In this document: positions 1-12,780 of the stretch, one piece after another
Layout of the letters: each line of letters opens with the position of its first letter
How positions within the stretch are numbered: the stretch's first letter is position 1
Assembly (NCBI RefSeq): GCF_963921235.1
Contig: NC_086108.1
Location: 67,892,001 to 67,956,000, forward strand
Direction: 5' to 3'
Source of the DNA: Mobula hypostoma
Lineage: Eukaryota
DNA length: 64,000 nucleotides
Translations under genes and position numbers: made by a program
The notes under the pieces: generated by a model
The model's database searches: none
What the model was told of the DNA's origin: nothing
The model's input: the letters and a program-made list of their open reading frames with translations, nothing else

Positions 1-1360
1 TTGTTGGAATCGATGGTTAGGGATGAGATTATGGAGTAGCTGGGGGCACATAACAAGATCGGCCAAAGCCTGCATGGTTTCCTGAAAGGAAAATCCTGCC
101 TGACAAACTTACTGCAATTCTTTGAGGAAATTACAAGCAGAGTCGACAAAGGAGATGCAGTAGGGGTGGTGTACTTGGATTTTCAGAAGGCCGTTGACAA
201 GGTGTCGCACGTGAGGCTGCTTAGCAAGATAAGAGCCCATGGAATTACAGGGGAGTTATTAGCATGGGAGGAGCATTGGCTGGTCAGCAGAAAACAGAGA
301 ATGGGTATACTGTAAATGGATCCTATTCTGGCTGGCTGCCGGTTACCAGTGGAGTTCCATGGGGTCAGTTTTGGGACCACTGCTTTTTACGAAGTATGTC
401 AATGATTTGGACTACAGTATTAATGGATCTGTGTCTAAATTTTGTGTCTAAGATAGGTGGAGGAGCGGGTAGTGTTGAGGAAACAGAGAGCCTGCAGAGA
501 GACTTAGGTAGTTCAGGGGAACGGGCAAAGAAGTGGCAAATGAAATACAATGTTGGAAAGTGTATGGTCATGCACTTCGGTGGAAGAAATAAACAGGCAG
601 TCTATTATTTAGATGGGGAGAGAATTCAAAATGCAGAGATGCAAAGGGATTTGGGAGTCCCTGTGCAAGATACCCTAAAGGTTAAACTCCAGGTTGAGTC
701 GGTTGCAAAGAAGGCGAATGCAATATTGGCATTCATTTCTAGAGATATAGAACATAAGAGCAGCGATTTGATGTTGAGGCTCTATAAGGCACATACGGAG
801 TATTAGGACCACACTTGGAATATTGTGTGCAGTTTTGCAGTTTTGGGCTCCTTATTCTAGAGAGGATATACTGACATTGGAGAGCGTTCAGAGAAGATTC
901 ACGAGAATGATTCCAGGAATGAAAGGGTTACCGTATGAGGAACGTCTGGCAGCTCTTGGGCTGTATTCCCTGGAGTTCAGGAGAATAAGGGGGGATCTCC
1001 TAGAAACATTCAGAAGGTTAAAAGGCCTGGACAGATTAGATTTCCCATGGTAGGGATTCTAGGAGAAGAGGGCACGTCTTCAGGATTGAACGATATCCTT
1101 TTGGAACTGAGATGTGGAGAAATTACTTTAGTCAGAGGGTGGTAAATCTATGGAATTTGTTGCCACAAGAGGCTGTGGAGGCAAAGTCATTGGGTGTATT
1201 TATTTAAGGCCGAGATAGGTAGGTTCTTGATTAGCCAGGGCATCAAAGGATATTGGATGAAAGTAGGGGAATGGGGATGAACTGGATCAGCCCATGATTG
1301 AATGGGAAGCAGACTCGATGGGCTGAATGGCCTACTTCTGCTCCTATATCTTATGGTCTT
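1..1360 (+). mobile_element. CR1-clade LINE, RT region plus 3' end, frameshifted
   Basis: ORFs 264-806 and 823-1053 give CR1 motifs (W.PVTSGVP.G, KKWQMKYNVGKC.VMHFG, VQRRFTRMIPGMKGL.YEERL..LGLYSLE). The 3' end CCTACTTCTGCTCCTATATCTTATGGTCTT is shared with other copies in the window. Confidence 0.95.
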
Positions 1361-2039
1361 AATAGACTGAGTAGTCCTGGCTCAGTTGAAGTTTTCTTGG
1401 AAAACTCAAAAGTTGGGAAGATGTTGTCAGTTCTTCTCAGTCAGGCCAAATCCTTAACAAAATAAAAGGGGAAGTCCTGAAATCTCGGTAGATGGTATGG
1501 TTGGTCTCACAATGTTAAGTTACAGCAACCAATGGGTGTTCACTCCCATTGTTGGGATATACCCACCCCAATATTCTGACAGCTTTTTTTGGGAGCCTAG
1601 ATTTAAAGGTATAGGCAGAAACCCCAACAAAGGAGCTGTATTCTTCCTTACTTTTGTAAACATTTCACCTTTTATGTATATCATTATATTGTGACATCAT
1701 GTAATTTTCTATAACTAAAACATGAGATTACTAATCCTTAGGCAAAAGAGGGCAGCAATACACAATCAATAACTTGTTTACAATACTCATTTTCAGGAAA
1801 CATGAGTAAAGTTGAAAGCAATGTGAACATCCTCTGAAAGAGATGAACCATCTTCAGCTTACTGAAAGACACTGCCAGCTGACCTGATGAACTAACCATG
1901 ACAGACGCAGTTATTCAAACTTCCATGAAGGAAATTGCAAGAACTGCTTGTGGAAGAAGATTTTAAAGATGGACTGATATGGACTTATAAGATGGACAAA
2001 GATGTGTCGTTGTCACACGTTTATGGAAAGTGGGCAGAG

Positions 2040-2790
2040 TTTTTTCCTCTTTTCCCTTTTCAAGGTGGTTGGGGTTCTATTGAGGTCCTTATTTGGAAGT
2101 GGCACTCAAACTGCGTTTTTTTATGGTGGATGACTTCCCGTTCATTGAGCTCAACGGCTGACCATTTTCCAGCATTCTCCAGGCAGCACTGTGGATGACC
2201 GATTCCAGGCCGGTGATGCCGACCAATGTACCATGGGAGATGGAATATCAGGATTTCACTGCAGCGGATGTATGGATGGAGATCTCTGTAGTCGAGCGGT
2301 CACACTCTCTCACTTTCTGTCAAAGAAGGGAGAGTTTGCTGCCGAGTCTTGAGTCGGAGAGTCTCAGATTAAAAAGCAACGTGGCAGGCTGTAATATCAT
2401 AATAACGACACAGTCTCCTCTTTCGCTGTGAAAATGGGTGATAACTCTTTGACCCTTGTTAGTGAGAGAGTGAGCCTGTGGTATGTTGAACTGTCAGGTA
2501 AACAGCAGTTTTTGTTGGCTGCAGATCATAGTCACTTTTTGGGTGCTTTGCTATTGTTTGGTGGGTGGTCAGCACTGATGCTTTTACTGATATGGGTGGA
2601 GGGAGGTTGATGCATTGATGCTTGCGTAGGGGAGGGGGGAGAGGGGGCTTTGGAGTTCTAAAGTTTTTCTGTCATTCAGTGTTTTGGGTTCTTGGGTTTT
2701 TCGTGGATGTCTGCGAGGACAAGTTTTTCGGGTTGTATACTGTATACATTCTCTGATAATAAACAAAACCACCACTTTGAACCCTTCAAA
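2040..2790 (+). mobile_element. Unclassified non-coding repeat ending in a Rex1-like 3' tail (SINE-like)
   Basis: Ends GGTTGTATACTGTATACATTCTCTGATAATAAA...CTTTGAACC, resembling the tail of the Rex1 copy at 43400-43465. No RT remnant. 5' boundary uncertain. Confidence 0.45.
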
Positions 2791-3099
2791 TTATAATGGT
2801 GAAATTCCTTTAAGATTTTGGAAATGTGTGCATCTGAGATTGAGGAAGTGAATATTCTAAAGAGAAAATTACACGGAAACCCCAACATCTGAAAGTACTC
2901 GATGGGTTCTTTGAGCATCAGATTTGAGGGAGTTTTTCTATCAATGGTTTTTCTTCCTTGGAATCTTTTCCTCCTTGTTCATCTGTTGTAAATACTTTGG
3001 CTAAGGCTAAGGTCTCCTGATGGTAAGATTTTGGCCATTTCTGTCAAGTATTGTGGTGTATCTCCTTTGTGAAGCAAACATTGGCATCTAAAAGTGAAA

Positions 3100-6000
3100 T
3101 GAAACTAGATTAACTGATTTGAACTAGACCACCTTGGAGAAGTCTCTGAACAACTGCCACCAAAATATCGCCCATGGAATCAGAGGAGTCAACGCACTTG
3201 ATCACTGTTTACCATCATCAAGATTTATTGTACCATCCCATGCCCACACTTTCAGAAGACCAGGCACCTGGCTGTACATCTACTACCGGCATAAGACCAC
3301 AGCACTAGTGGTGAGGGCCAAGAAGGTATGGTCAAAGGAAGTGGAGGAGCACTTACAAGACTATTTTGAGTTGGTGGACTGGACAATATTCAGTGATGCA
3401 TCTTCGAATCTGAATGAGTTTGCCACAGTTTTCACCAACTTCATCAATACCTGTGTAGGTAAGTGTGTGCCTTCAAGAACATACTGGGCAAACCCAAACC
3501 AAAAGCCATGCATGAAACATGGATTTGTAGTCTACTGAGGACTATATCTATGGCATTCAAGACCAGTGATACAGAACTATACAAAAAGTCCAGGTACGAC
3601 CTATAAAAGGCTATTATAAAAGTGAGAAAACAATTCCGAGGGAAGGCAGAGATAGAATCAAATGCACATCACCTCTGGCAAGGTTTGCAGGCCATTAATT
3701 TCTACAAGGCAAAAGCTAACATCATGAATGTCTATGATGCTTCACTCCCAGATGAGCTCAATGCCTTTTATACATGCTTTGAAAGGGAGAATAAGACTAC
3801 ATCTGTCTTGGAGGCCGATGTCAGAATATCTTTTATGAGGGTGAACCCTCACAAGGTGTCAGGCCTTGATGTTGTACCTGGCAGGGCTCTGAAAACCTAT
3901 GCCAACCAACTGGGGGAAGTGTTCAAGGACATCTTCAATCTTTCATTGCTGCAGTTGGAGGTTCCCACTTGCTTAAAAAGGGCAACAATCATGCCAGTGC
4001 TCAGGACGAGCGGGAAGAGCTGTCTCAATGGCTATTACCCAGTGGCCCTCACATCTACTCTGATAAAGTGCTTTGAGGGGTTGGTCAGGGCCAGAATCAA
4101 ACTCCTGCCTAAGCAAGGAACTGGTCCTGCTGCAATTTGCCTATCACCACAATAGGTCTACAGTGGAGGCATTCTCACTGGCTCTCCACTTGACCTTGGA
4201 TCATTTGGGCAATAGTAATACCAGGCAGCTGTTTATTAACTTCAGCTCAGCATTCAACAGAATCATACACTCAATTCCAATCAACAAGCTCCAAGACCTG
4301 GGCTTCTGTATCTCCCTCTGCAACTGGATCGATTTCCTCAATGGGAGACTACAGTTTGTGTGGATTGGAAATAACATCTCCTCCTTGCTGACAATCAACT
4401 CTTGTGCACCTCAAGAATGTGCGCTTAATTCAATGCTCGGCTCTGGCTTCTCCCACAATTGTGCGGCTAGGCACAGCTCAAACAACATCCATAATTTTGC
4501 TGATGACAGAACTATTGTTGGCAGAATTTCAGATGGTGATAAGGAGACGTACAGGAGCTAGATAGATCAGCTGGTTGAGTAGTGTTGCAACAACAACATT
4601 ACACTTGTTATGTACCCCGTAATGAGTTAAAGAACCAGCAGAAATGGAAAACAGCTGGAGTCTGGTATTGCTATTTACTAAAGCTAGTTTATTAGTAACT
4701 ACACAAAACAGTAATATAATATCAGGTAAATCAAACAGGTTAACAGTGTTACGTGTATATATGTGTGTAAATATAACTCCCAAACTATTGAGCTTGGGGG
4801 AAACAAGGCTTAGAGTCTTGAGATGGTAAAGTATGAAAGTTCAGTTCATCCACAGAATAGGTGATAAGAGAGAGAGATTTGTAATCCAGGGTAAATGTCG
4901 AGAGAAGGCAATTACGTCAATATTCCACATATTCCACAACAGCAATACAAAATAACAATAGTAGTGGGTTTTATCTCCGAAGTTGTTCCACTCCACACAC
5001 AACTATCACCGACAGTGATCTTCAACGAATATCCTTTCAACACAAGTGGTGCCACACCCAAATTCAGCTACGGGTCATCCCAAAGTGGTGGCCACAGGAT
5101 ACTCCAACAGAATCCACGTATGGATTATCACCAGCAGTAGTCTGTCACTGAGGTACTGTCTTCAAGTGGTAAAACTGCCAACCCAGGCAAGGATTATCAC
5201 ACACAGGTAGTTTCCACACAAGGTTACCCCAAACACACAGCTGTGATAGCCACTTATCCAGTTCCACGACATACGAAATAATTCCAACAGTGATTTGCCA
5301 CAGGGGTGCCTTTCTTCAGTGAACTACTACACCCAAACAAGGGTAACACACAAGTGGTATTCACAAAGGTTTTACCCTCACCAGAGAACCCACTTCTGTG
5401 GATTAACTACGTGACAGTCACACCTTCATATTCGAATGGAACTCACACTCACCCTCACGAGAGAGTCCAAACAGTGACCTCTTTGTCACTAGGTTTCTTC
5501 TGTTTCAAACCTATCTCTCCTCTCTTCTCTTCCTGCAAACTGCAAACTTGTTCTAGCTGCAGACAACTTGTGAGAGTCATTTATCATACTCAGGATCGAT
5601 CTCAACTCACCCCTTTCCGGGCTACTGGAAGTTTAAACCAGGACCTCACTCACTGGTGTCTTTCATTGATCGAATCCATCTTGACTCTGAGTATGTGTTT
5701 CTCTGTGTCTGTAACTGTCCTTGTAAAAAGTAAACATGCTGCAGAGAAACCATAACATCGATTGTCCATCAAATAATGCCACCTCTCTCTCTCTCTCTGT
5801 AGGAACTCACAAACAGGTGGCATCCTTGTATAAGTGTAAACACGCTTTAGAGTTTGTATAAGCACCATCTGGAAGGCAGGCTTCATCCCTCTCTCTCTCT
5901 GAAGCAGCTCAAACAGTGTCCAGAAGTCAGTCTCATTCTCGCGACATTTAAAGTGACAGTCCACAGAAAATATGAACCCTAGGGGCACATAACACACTCA

Positions 6001-6765
6001 ATGCCAGTAACACCAGGAAATTGATTGTGGACTTTAGGAAGAGGAAGTTGAAGGAACAAACACCAGTCCTCAGCAGTGGAAAAGGTGAGCAGTTTCAAGT
6101 TCCTGGGTGTCAACATCTCTGAAGGTCTACCCCTGACCCACCATATTGATACCGTTACAAAGAAAGCACAATAGTGACTATATTTCATTAGGAGTTTGAA
6201 GAGACTTGGTATGTCGCGAAAGACGCTCGCAAGATTCAACAGATGTACAGTGGAGAACATTCAAAATGTTTGCATTATCATCTAGTATGGAGGGGCCACT
6301 GCACAGGATCAGAAAGAGCTATAAAAATTTACAGGCTCAGTTAGCTTCATTATGGCACTTTTGCTCCCCATAACTAACCTCATTACTCCTCCCCAGCAGT
6401 GAGGTCACCTTACAAAGCTGATGCCTCAAAAAAGGCAGCATCCATCATTAAGGACCTCCTTCACTGAGGACAAGCCCTCTTCTCCTTGCCGTCATCAGGA
6501 GTCTAAAGACACACAGTCAACATTTGAGAAGCAGCTTCTTCCCCTCTGCCAATAAGCTTCTGAATGGACAATAAACCTATCTACACTGCCTCACTATTTT
6601 TTTTCTTTTGTTGTTGCTCTCTTTTTGCACCACTTACTTAATTTAATCTTTTTAATATATATTTCTTATTTTAATTAATTGTTTATTATTATTACGTATG
6701 CAAGTACTGCTGCAAAAAAAAACAAATTTCACAACATATGTCAATGATATTAAACCCAATCCTGA
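3100..6765 (+). mobile_element. Rex1/Babar-clade LINE, degenerate, split by a solo LTR
   Basis: ORFs 3134-3538, 3622-4155 and 4073-4561 give Rex1 motifs (LQDYFE.VDW, SLPDELNAFY..F, PVALTS..KCFE.L, LQFAY..NRST, FADD). The sequence resumes at 5995 (FKFLGVNISE.L) and ends GATATTAAACCCAATCCTGA. Confidence 0.9.
4606..5994 (-). mobile_element. Solo LTR (1389 bp), Gypsy-type
   Basis: Termini TGTTATGTACCCC...GGGGCACATAACA form a 12/13 inverted match with TG...CA ends. 4-bp TSD CACT at 4602-4605 and 5995-5998. Host Rex1 is contiguous when it is removed. Strand inferred from minus-strand AATAAA near 4690. Confidence 0.85.
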
Positions 6766-6879
6766 AACACAAAACACTCCCTGGTGGCTTCAGGGCATTC
6801 CTGAGGACCATGAGTTAAAGTGGTTTTGCTGCACGAGCACAGACACACAAAGAGAAGTCAAGGAAGTACAATATTGCCC

Positions 6880-7950
6880 TCATTATCCAACATGGTATCA
6901 CATGACTTGGCCATTTGGATTTAGAATTGGCTTGCACATGGATGACAGATTAATGGGTCTCACTCTGGCTGTAATTCCGTGACTAGTATATTCCGCAGTG
7001 ATCTTTACTGGGGCCTCTGTTGTTTGTGATGATATATATAAATAACTTAGTTGAAAACTTGGTTGGGGGTTCAAACTTTTGCTAGTGGCATTGTGGATCA
7101 TGTAGAAGAATGCCAAAGGCAATACTAGGATTAAGAAATGGGCAGAGAAATGGCAGGTGGAATTTTAATCCAGCCTAGTGTAAGGTTTTGCACTTTGGGA
7201 GCTCATTGTAAAGGGATAGTACACAGTTAATGGTAGAACCCTCAACATTTTTAATGCAGACAATGATCTTGGAGTACATTGCCCTCTGAAAGTGGCTGCA
7301 CAGATTGATAGGAGGGTAAAGGCATATGGCAAATCTGCCTTATCAGTTGAGGCATTGAGTTCATGAATCAGAAAGTTATGTTGCAGCTTTATAAAAATTC
7401 AGGTTAGGGGGTATCTGGAATATTGCATTCAATTTTGATCACCCCATTACAGGAAGGAAGGGGGGGGCTTTGAAATGGGTGTAGAAAAGGTTTGCCAGAA
7501 TGTTGCCTGAATTAGAGGGCATGTGTTATATAAGGAAGAGGTTGAACAAATTTTAGTTGCTTTCTCTGGGTTGGTAGAGGCTAAGAGAAAACCTGATAAA
7601 AGGTTATAAAATTCCAAGGCATGGAAGAGTAGACTGCTACAATACTCTTCCTAGGGTCAAAATGTCTAAAATTAGATGACATGTATTTAAGGTGAGGGGA
7701 AAAGTTCAAAGGAAATTTGTTTTTTTACAGAGTGGCTGGTGTCTGGAATGTGCTGCCAGGGAAGCAAGTGGGGGCAACTATGACTGGGGCATTTAAGAGG
7801 CTCTTAGATAGGCACATGGATGTTCAACGAATGGAGGGATACGGACTTTGTGTCCCCAAAGGGATTAGTTTAATTAAGTGTTTAATTTATAACATAACAA
7901 TTTTGTGAGTTAAGGAGTCTGTTGCCTCTGATATACTATTCTGTATTCTA
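6880..7950 (+). mobile_element. Old CR1 LINE 3' fragment
   Basis: Decayed CR1 RT and 3' motifs (GGGCAGAGAAATGGCAGGTGGAATTT, CCCCATTACAGGAAGGA, TTTTTACAGAGTGGCTGGTGTCTGGAATG). Confidence 0.85.
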
Positions 7951-8051
7951 TAGATTATTTTTTTCTAAATGCTCCAGAAACATTTGAATATTTCATTAAT
8001 TAAAAATATGATTTATCCAGACACTGGAACTTTTTTCCTTTTTTTGGACAG

Positions 8052-8095
8052 GTTCTGCTTTGCCTGCTGTACGACATGGAGTACTATGTCAGAAG
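8052..8095 (+). other. Candidate 44-nt exon of an unidentified host gene
   Basis: Long polypyrimidine tract ending ...TTTTTGGACAG, then 44 nt open in all three frames (e.g. VLLCLLYDMEYYVR), then AG|GTGATT donor. Lies in unique sequence. Protein not recognised. Confidence 0.3.
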
Positions 8096-9944
8096 GTGAT
8101 TCAGCCAACTATTCTAGAAATCTTAAGAAGATTACCCAAGTTAAATGTGATTTTTTTCACTACACCTAAACCATTATATCATGTAAAATAGTGATAATAC
8201 ATTAAGACAAACTTTTGTTTCAACAATATAATGACTTCGGTTAATTATGTTTGTTTAAGAGAATTGTGATTGATGTGAGATGATTAAAACTATTCAGATG
8301 CATAGTACTTGTCTTTCCCCTGACAAATCAATGGAAATTTAATTCTGAAGCTATATCATCAATAAGAAACATATTGTTAAGATAAGCTTCAACGATTCTG
8401 CAGAAGTAAATACACAATCAAGAACATATGCCAGGAAATTTATTCGATCAGTCATTTGGGGCATTGACTGTTTGAATGTTAAAGCACAGTGTTATTCATC
8501 TCAGTGCATTAGGAATGTAGTTTTAAATCAGAGGATTTCAATACTTCCTGCTTAATTTACAAAGAGCTGCCAGATCATAGCATGCATCAAACACAGCAGG
8601 GCTCCACCCATTAAAGGGATCCCCTCTGTTGACAAGCCACTGCAGAAATGGATTTAGATGCTGCTGTGCAAGGCAGAAAGAGACAGGAAGAAGGAGGTTG
8701 CACGTACCCATTTTACAAACATCAATTTAGAGAACTTAGTGAATAAAATCTACATTCAGAAAGACATACTTGTGCATCAAGGACCATAATCCAGAAAGTC
8801 AAGAGATTGTTGGCAAAGAGTATATTTTCCATTTCTGATAAAAGGATGACAACCTCACATGTTCTGATACATCCCTAAATAATCATTCATCTGCAACATG
8901 TGTGGGCAGAGACCTACACACCCTTCATAGGTACAATAAGCCAAAAATATCCCTGATGAACTCGTAAAAAAATACACCACCATTTGCCTTCAAGCCAAGT
9001 TTACTCCTAAGAAAATTGCTTTTCTGAAAGCATCCTTCCATGCCCACTGCTGTACTCTAGGTATGCAGAGTTGTCACACAAGGATATTCTTCTTCTTCAT
9101 TATTCTTCTTCTTCATGAGCAAACAGGATTTTGTTGAAAGCAAGTCGCTGTTCTGCCAACACAGCAATCTGACAGCCCACGTCACTGCAGGTGCATATCC
9201 ATTTGATCTACCTTAGTAAAACAACAGGATGACAGCAGCTACAGGAGGAATAGGGGGACTCCATCAGAAAGAGCGGTCAGCCAAATCCAACTGAAAGGAT
9301 TCACAAATACATCTCTTTACTTTATGTCAAATCACTTTGAATAATTTGACTCTATGATGATACAAACATACATATTCATGTCTGTGGACCACGTGGGAGT
9401 AGAGTACTCTGCCCAATGAGTCTGGCATTTAATAATACCCTCATTAGACTGTCACCTCAATTCTGCATGCTTATCTACCTGAGGTAATCTTTCAGTCTCT
9501 TCCTTTTTAATAATCTCTAAATATTCAAATTGTATTCTTCCACTGCCTTTAAAGAATGGAGCTCCAAAGACAATGTCTTATGGTCGTATGGACTCAAGAT
9601 CATCTGCAAGAATGAATTTTACCTTATTGCTCTTTAAAAGGACATCACCTTATTTATTAAATATTGGACCCTAACAGTATTTTTTCCAACAAGTGGCACT
9701 ACCCTTTCCAAAACCATGCCAAGGCCCCCAGGATTATGTACATTTCAAGCCATCCTGATTAAGTCTTTTAAACTCGAGTAGATACAAACTGAGCCTGTCT
9801 AATCTTTGCTTATCTGATAACCTACTCCTTTCAGGTACTAAAAAATCTTCTTGTTTCTATATCCAATGCAATTATAGCTTGTCTTGAATAAATAGATCAA
9901 TACTGCAGGAAGTATTCTGTAAGTGGATTCATCTTTATGAGAGG

Positions 9945-12780
9945 AACCATAAGGCCATGAGGCATAGGAGAAGAATTAGACCACTAGGCCCATTGAGTCT
10001 GCTCCACCATTTCATCATGGATGATCCATTTCCCTCGCAACTCCATTCTCCTCCCTTCTCCCTGTAACCTTTCATAACCTGACTAATCAATAACCTATCT
10101 ACCTCTGCCTTAAATACACTCAAAGACCTAGCCTCCACAGCCTCCTGTGGCAACAAATTCCACCAATTCACAAACCTCTAGCTAAAGAAATTACTCCTCA
10201 TCACTGTTCTAAATGGATACCCTTCTATTCTGAGGCTGTGCCCTCTGATCATAGTCTCCACAACCACTCTATCTATGCTTTTAACATTCAATAGGTTTCC
10301 ATGAGATAACCACTCATTCTTCTAAATTCCACCATGTAAAGGCCAGAGTATCAATTGTTCCTCATTATGATAAGCCTTTCATTCCCAGAATCATACTCGT
10401 GAACTTGCTTTGAACCCTCTCCATTATCAGCACATCCTTTCTTAAATAACGGGCCAAAAACTGCTCACAAGATTCCAAATGAGGCCTCACCATTGCCCTA
10501 TGAAATCTCAGCAACACATCCTTGCTTTTATATTCTAGTCCTCTCAAAATGAATGCTAACATTGCATTTGCCCTCCTCACCACTGAAACAACATGCAAAT
10601 TAATCTTTCGGGAATCTTGTATGAGGATTCCCAAGTCCCTTTGCACTTCGGAGTTTTGAATTCTCTCCTCGTTTAGAAAATAATCTATGCTTTTATTCCT
10701 TCTACCAAAGCGCATGACCATACACTTCTCAACTGTATATTCCATTTGGCACTTCTTCGCCCATTCTCCAAATCTGTCAAGTCCCTCTGCAGTCTCCTGC
10801 CTCATCAGCACCTCCACTTGTATCGTCCGCAAACTTAGTCACAAAGTCACCAATTCTTTCATCCAAATCATTGACATACAACGTAAAAAGAAGGGGTCCC
10901 AACACTGACCCCTGCAGAACACTGGGTCAGCTTACGATGACACCACTAGTCACCGGAAACCAATCAGAAACAGTTCCCTTTATTCCCATTTTTTTGCCAA
11001 ACAGCTTATCTGTTATGCTTGCTAGTATTTTTCCTGCAATATTAAGCAGCCTCATGTGTGGCACCTTGTCAAAGGCCCTCGGAAAATTCAAGTACACAAT
11101 AGTCACTGATGCCCCTTTGTCTATCCTGCTTGTTATTTCCTCAAAGAATTCTAACAGATTTGTCAGGCAAGATTTTCCCTTAAGGAAACCGTGCTGACTT
11201 TGGCCTATTTACCATATACCTCCGAGTACCCTGAAACTACATCCTTAACAATCAACTGCATCACTTTCCCAACCAATGAGGTCAGACTAATTGGCCTATA
11301 ATTTCTTTTCTTCAGCCTTCCTCCCTTCTTGAAGAGTAGAGTGACATTTGCAATTTTCCAGTCCCTCGGAACCATTCCAGAATCAATTGACTCTTGAAGA
11401 TCATTCCTAATGCTTCCAAAATCTCTTCAGCTACTCTTTCAGAGCCCTGTGGTGTAGTCTGTCTGGTTGAGGTGACTCATCTACTTTCAGGCCTTTTCGT
11501 CTTCCCAGTAATGGCAACTGCACTCACTTCTGCCCTTTGACCCTCTCGACTTCCGTCATACTGCTAGTGTCTTCCACTGTGAAGACTAATGCAAAATACT
11601 TATTCAGTTCATCTACCATTTCCTTGTCCCCCATTACTACCCCTCTAGTATCATTTTCCAATAATCCAATACATACTCTCACGCTCCTTTACTCTTTATA
11701 TAGCTGAAACAACTTTTGGTATGCTATTCAATATTGTTGGCTAGCTTACCTCCATAGTTCATCTTTTCACATGTGGCTTTTTAGTTGCCTTCTGTTGTTT
11801 TTTTTTAATTCCCAATCCTCTAACTTCCCACTAATTTTTGCTCAATTATATGCTCTCTCTTTGGCTTTTACGTTGGCTTTGACTCCCTTGTCAGTCATGG
11901 TTGCGTCATCCTGCCTTTAGAATACTTTTTTCTTTTTTGGCATCTATCAATCCTGCACCTTCCAAGTAGCCCCTAGAAACTCCAGCCGTTGCTGCTCTGC
12001 CATCATTTCTGCTAGTGTCTCATTCCAATCAATGTTGGCCAATTCCTCTCTCATTCCTCTGTAATACCCTTTACTCTACTGTAATAATGATACATCTGAT
12101 TTTAGCTTCTCCCTCTCAAGTTGCAAGGTGAATTCTATATTATTATGATCACTGCCTCCTAAGGGTTCCTTTATCTAAAGTTCTCTAATCAGATCTGGTT
12201 CATTACACAACACCCAATCCAGAATAGCTGATCACCTAGTGGGATCAACCACAAGCTGCTCTAGAGACTTTCTTACTCTGGCTCCTCATCTTTTGTTCCA
12301 GTCCTGATGAAGGGTCTCAGCCCAAAACTTTAGCTGTACTCTTATCCATAGATGGGGCCTGGCCTGCTGAATTCCTCCAGCATTTTGAGTGTGCTGCTTG
12401 GATTTCCAGCATCTGCAGGTTTTCTTTTGAGCTGCTCTAAAAAACAATCTCATGGGCACTCTACGATCTCCCTGTCTTGGGATCCAACATTAACCTGATT
12501 TTCCCAATCGACCAGCATATTGAAATCCCCAGTGACTAACCTAACATTGCCTTTTTGACAAGCCTTTTCCATCTCCCATTGTAATTTGCGGCCCACATCC
12601 TGGCTGTTGGTCGGAGGTCTGTTTATGCCTCCCATCAAGGTCTTTTTACCCTTGCAGTTGCTTAACTCTACCCACAAGGGTTCTACATCTTCCAATCCTA
12701 TGTCACCCCTTTCCAAGGTTTTGATTCAGTTTTTTTTTTACCAGCAGAGCCACATCACCAACTCTGCCTACCTGCCTGAC
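9945..12780 (-). mobile_element. CR1 LINE, ORF2 endonuclease to 3' end, degenerate
   Basis: Minus ORFs 12450-12716 (LWVEL.NCKGKKTLMG...GDFNM..DW), 10365-10832 and 9935-10171 carry CR1 EN/RT motifs. 3' end near 9950. Confidence 0.95.
12264..12429 (+). mobile_element. Penelope-derived short element with hammerhead-like motif, inserted in CR1
   Basis: CAGTCCTGATGAAGGGTCTCAGCCCAAAAC (GAAA mutated) followed by CCTGGCCTGCTGAATTCCTCCAGC. 10-bp TSD AGCTGCTCTA at 12254-12263 and 12430-12439. Confidence 0.8.

Noticed and set aside
8560..8800. Possible decayed Harbinger Myb/SANT-like remnant
   Set aside because: Similarity is too faint, with no termini or transposase motifs to support it.
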